A stretch of DNA of 16,557 bases from Pseudomonadota bacterium (lineage in GTDB: Bacteria; Bdellovibrionota_B; Oligoflexia; Oligoflexales; CAIMVM01): positions 1 to 16,557 of the forward strand of contig JBAXBA010000080.1 in assembly GCA_037142195.1 (NCBI GenBank), in the 5' to 3' direction. A program made the translations under genes and the position numbers. A model generated the notes under the pieces. It was not told where the DNA came from, ran no database searches, and saw nothing but the letters and a program-made list of their open reading frames with translations. Below are positions 15,913-16,557 of this stretch, in pieces (the stretch's first letter is position 1; every line of letters starts with the position of its first letter).

Positions 15913-16557
15913 TTGGCAGATTTAAAATCAACATCTATGCCCGCGCTAGCTGGATATCATACACTTAGGATCCTTGGGCGCGGGGCCATGGGTGCGGTCT
16001 ATGAAGCAGTGCCTTTTTCAGATCCAACGAGCAGGGTGGCCATTAAGGTTATCGATCAGTCGGGTGAAATTCCCCATGAAGTCTATTTAAGATTTCAAAA
16101 AGAAGCTGCGGTTATGGGTCAACTTTATCACCCCAACATAGTTACTTTTTTGGACTTGGGAGCAGTTAAGTCCATTGCAGAGGACGATTCGAATCTTGGC
16201 TACTTTATCGTCATGGAGTTGGTGCGTGGGCGAAATTTAAAGGAGATCATAACTGCAGGTATTAAGCGCGGTGACGAATTAGAGCTTCTCTTTAGAATAG
16301 GCCGCCAACTTGCTTCTGCACTTGATTACACTCATGGAAAAAACATAGTTCATCGTGACCTTAAACCTCAGAACATCATTGTTTCTTTTCCGAATCAAAA
16401 GATAAGTGATGCCGAAGCAAAGCTTCTAGATTTTGGGGTAGCAGGTCTTTCGCAAGCGAGGCAATATGTTGGCGATGGAAGGTCCAGCGGTATTGATGAT
16501 TTTGCTGGCACACCGCTATATATGGCCCCTGAACAGTCGGGCCTCACTCATTGGGAT
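15913..16557 (+). CDS. Hanks-type Ser/Thr protein kinase, 5' part (runs off the window)
   Basis: Manual translation gives LGRGAMGAVY, VAIK, RFQKE, HPNIV, IVME, HRDLKPQN, DFG and GTPLYMAPE with no stop to the window end. The start is TTG 15913 (after GGAAGGTAGG) or ATG 15937. Confidence 0.93.
   Translation, partial: MADLKSTSMPALAGYHTLRILGRGAMGAVYEAVPFSDPTSRVAIKVIDQSGEIPHEVYLRFQKEAAVMGQLYHPNIVTFLDLGAVKSIAEDDSNLGYFIVMELVRGRNLKEIITAGIKRGDELELLFRIGRQLASALDYTHGKNIVHRDLKPQNIIVSFPNQKISDAEAKLLDFGVAGLSQARQYVGDGRSSGIDDFAGTPLYMAPEQSGLTHWD

Overview
Mostly a housekeeping-type bacterial chromosome segment. The gene mix (DUF4360 protein, LppC-like protein, Hanks kinase, Cys-rich lipoprotein) suggests Bdellovibrionota/Oligoflexia or a related deltaproteobacterial lineage; this is an inference. 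In order: the probable 3' end of a group II intron (domain V 3' strand and domain VI) at the window edge, a RhuM-family gene, a GST, an orphan PAS histidine kinase, a RoxA/YcfD-like JmjC hydroxylase, a DUF4360 secreted protein behind a consensus sigma54 promoter, thiL, a 110-aa hypothetical protein, gluQ, murI, a translationally coupled class A PBP / LppC(LpoA)-like pair, a 9/12-bp tandem repeat, a Cys-rich lipoprotein, pyk, and the 5' part of a Ser/Thr kinase missing from the ORF track. The best leads are the intron end, the PBP (apparently lacking the ODD insertion) coupled to a non-lipidated LpoA-like protein, the tandem repeat that can encode a (D)DTW-repeat peptide, an unexplained ~108-nt intergenic hairpin, and recurring sigma28-like motifs. 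No complete novel system can be demonstrated from this window alone.
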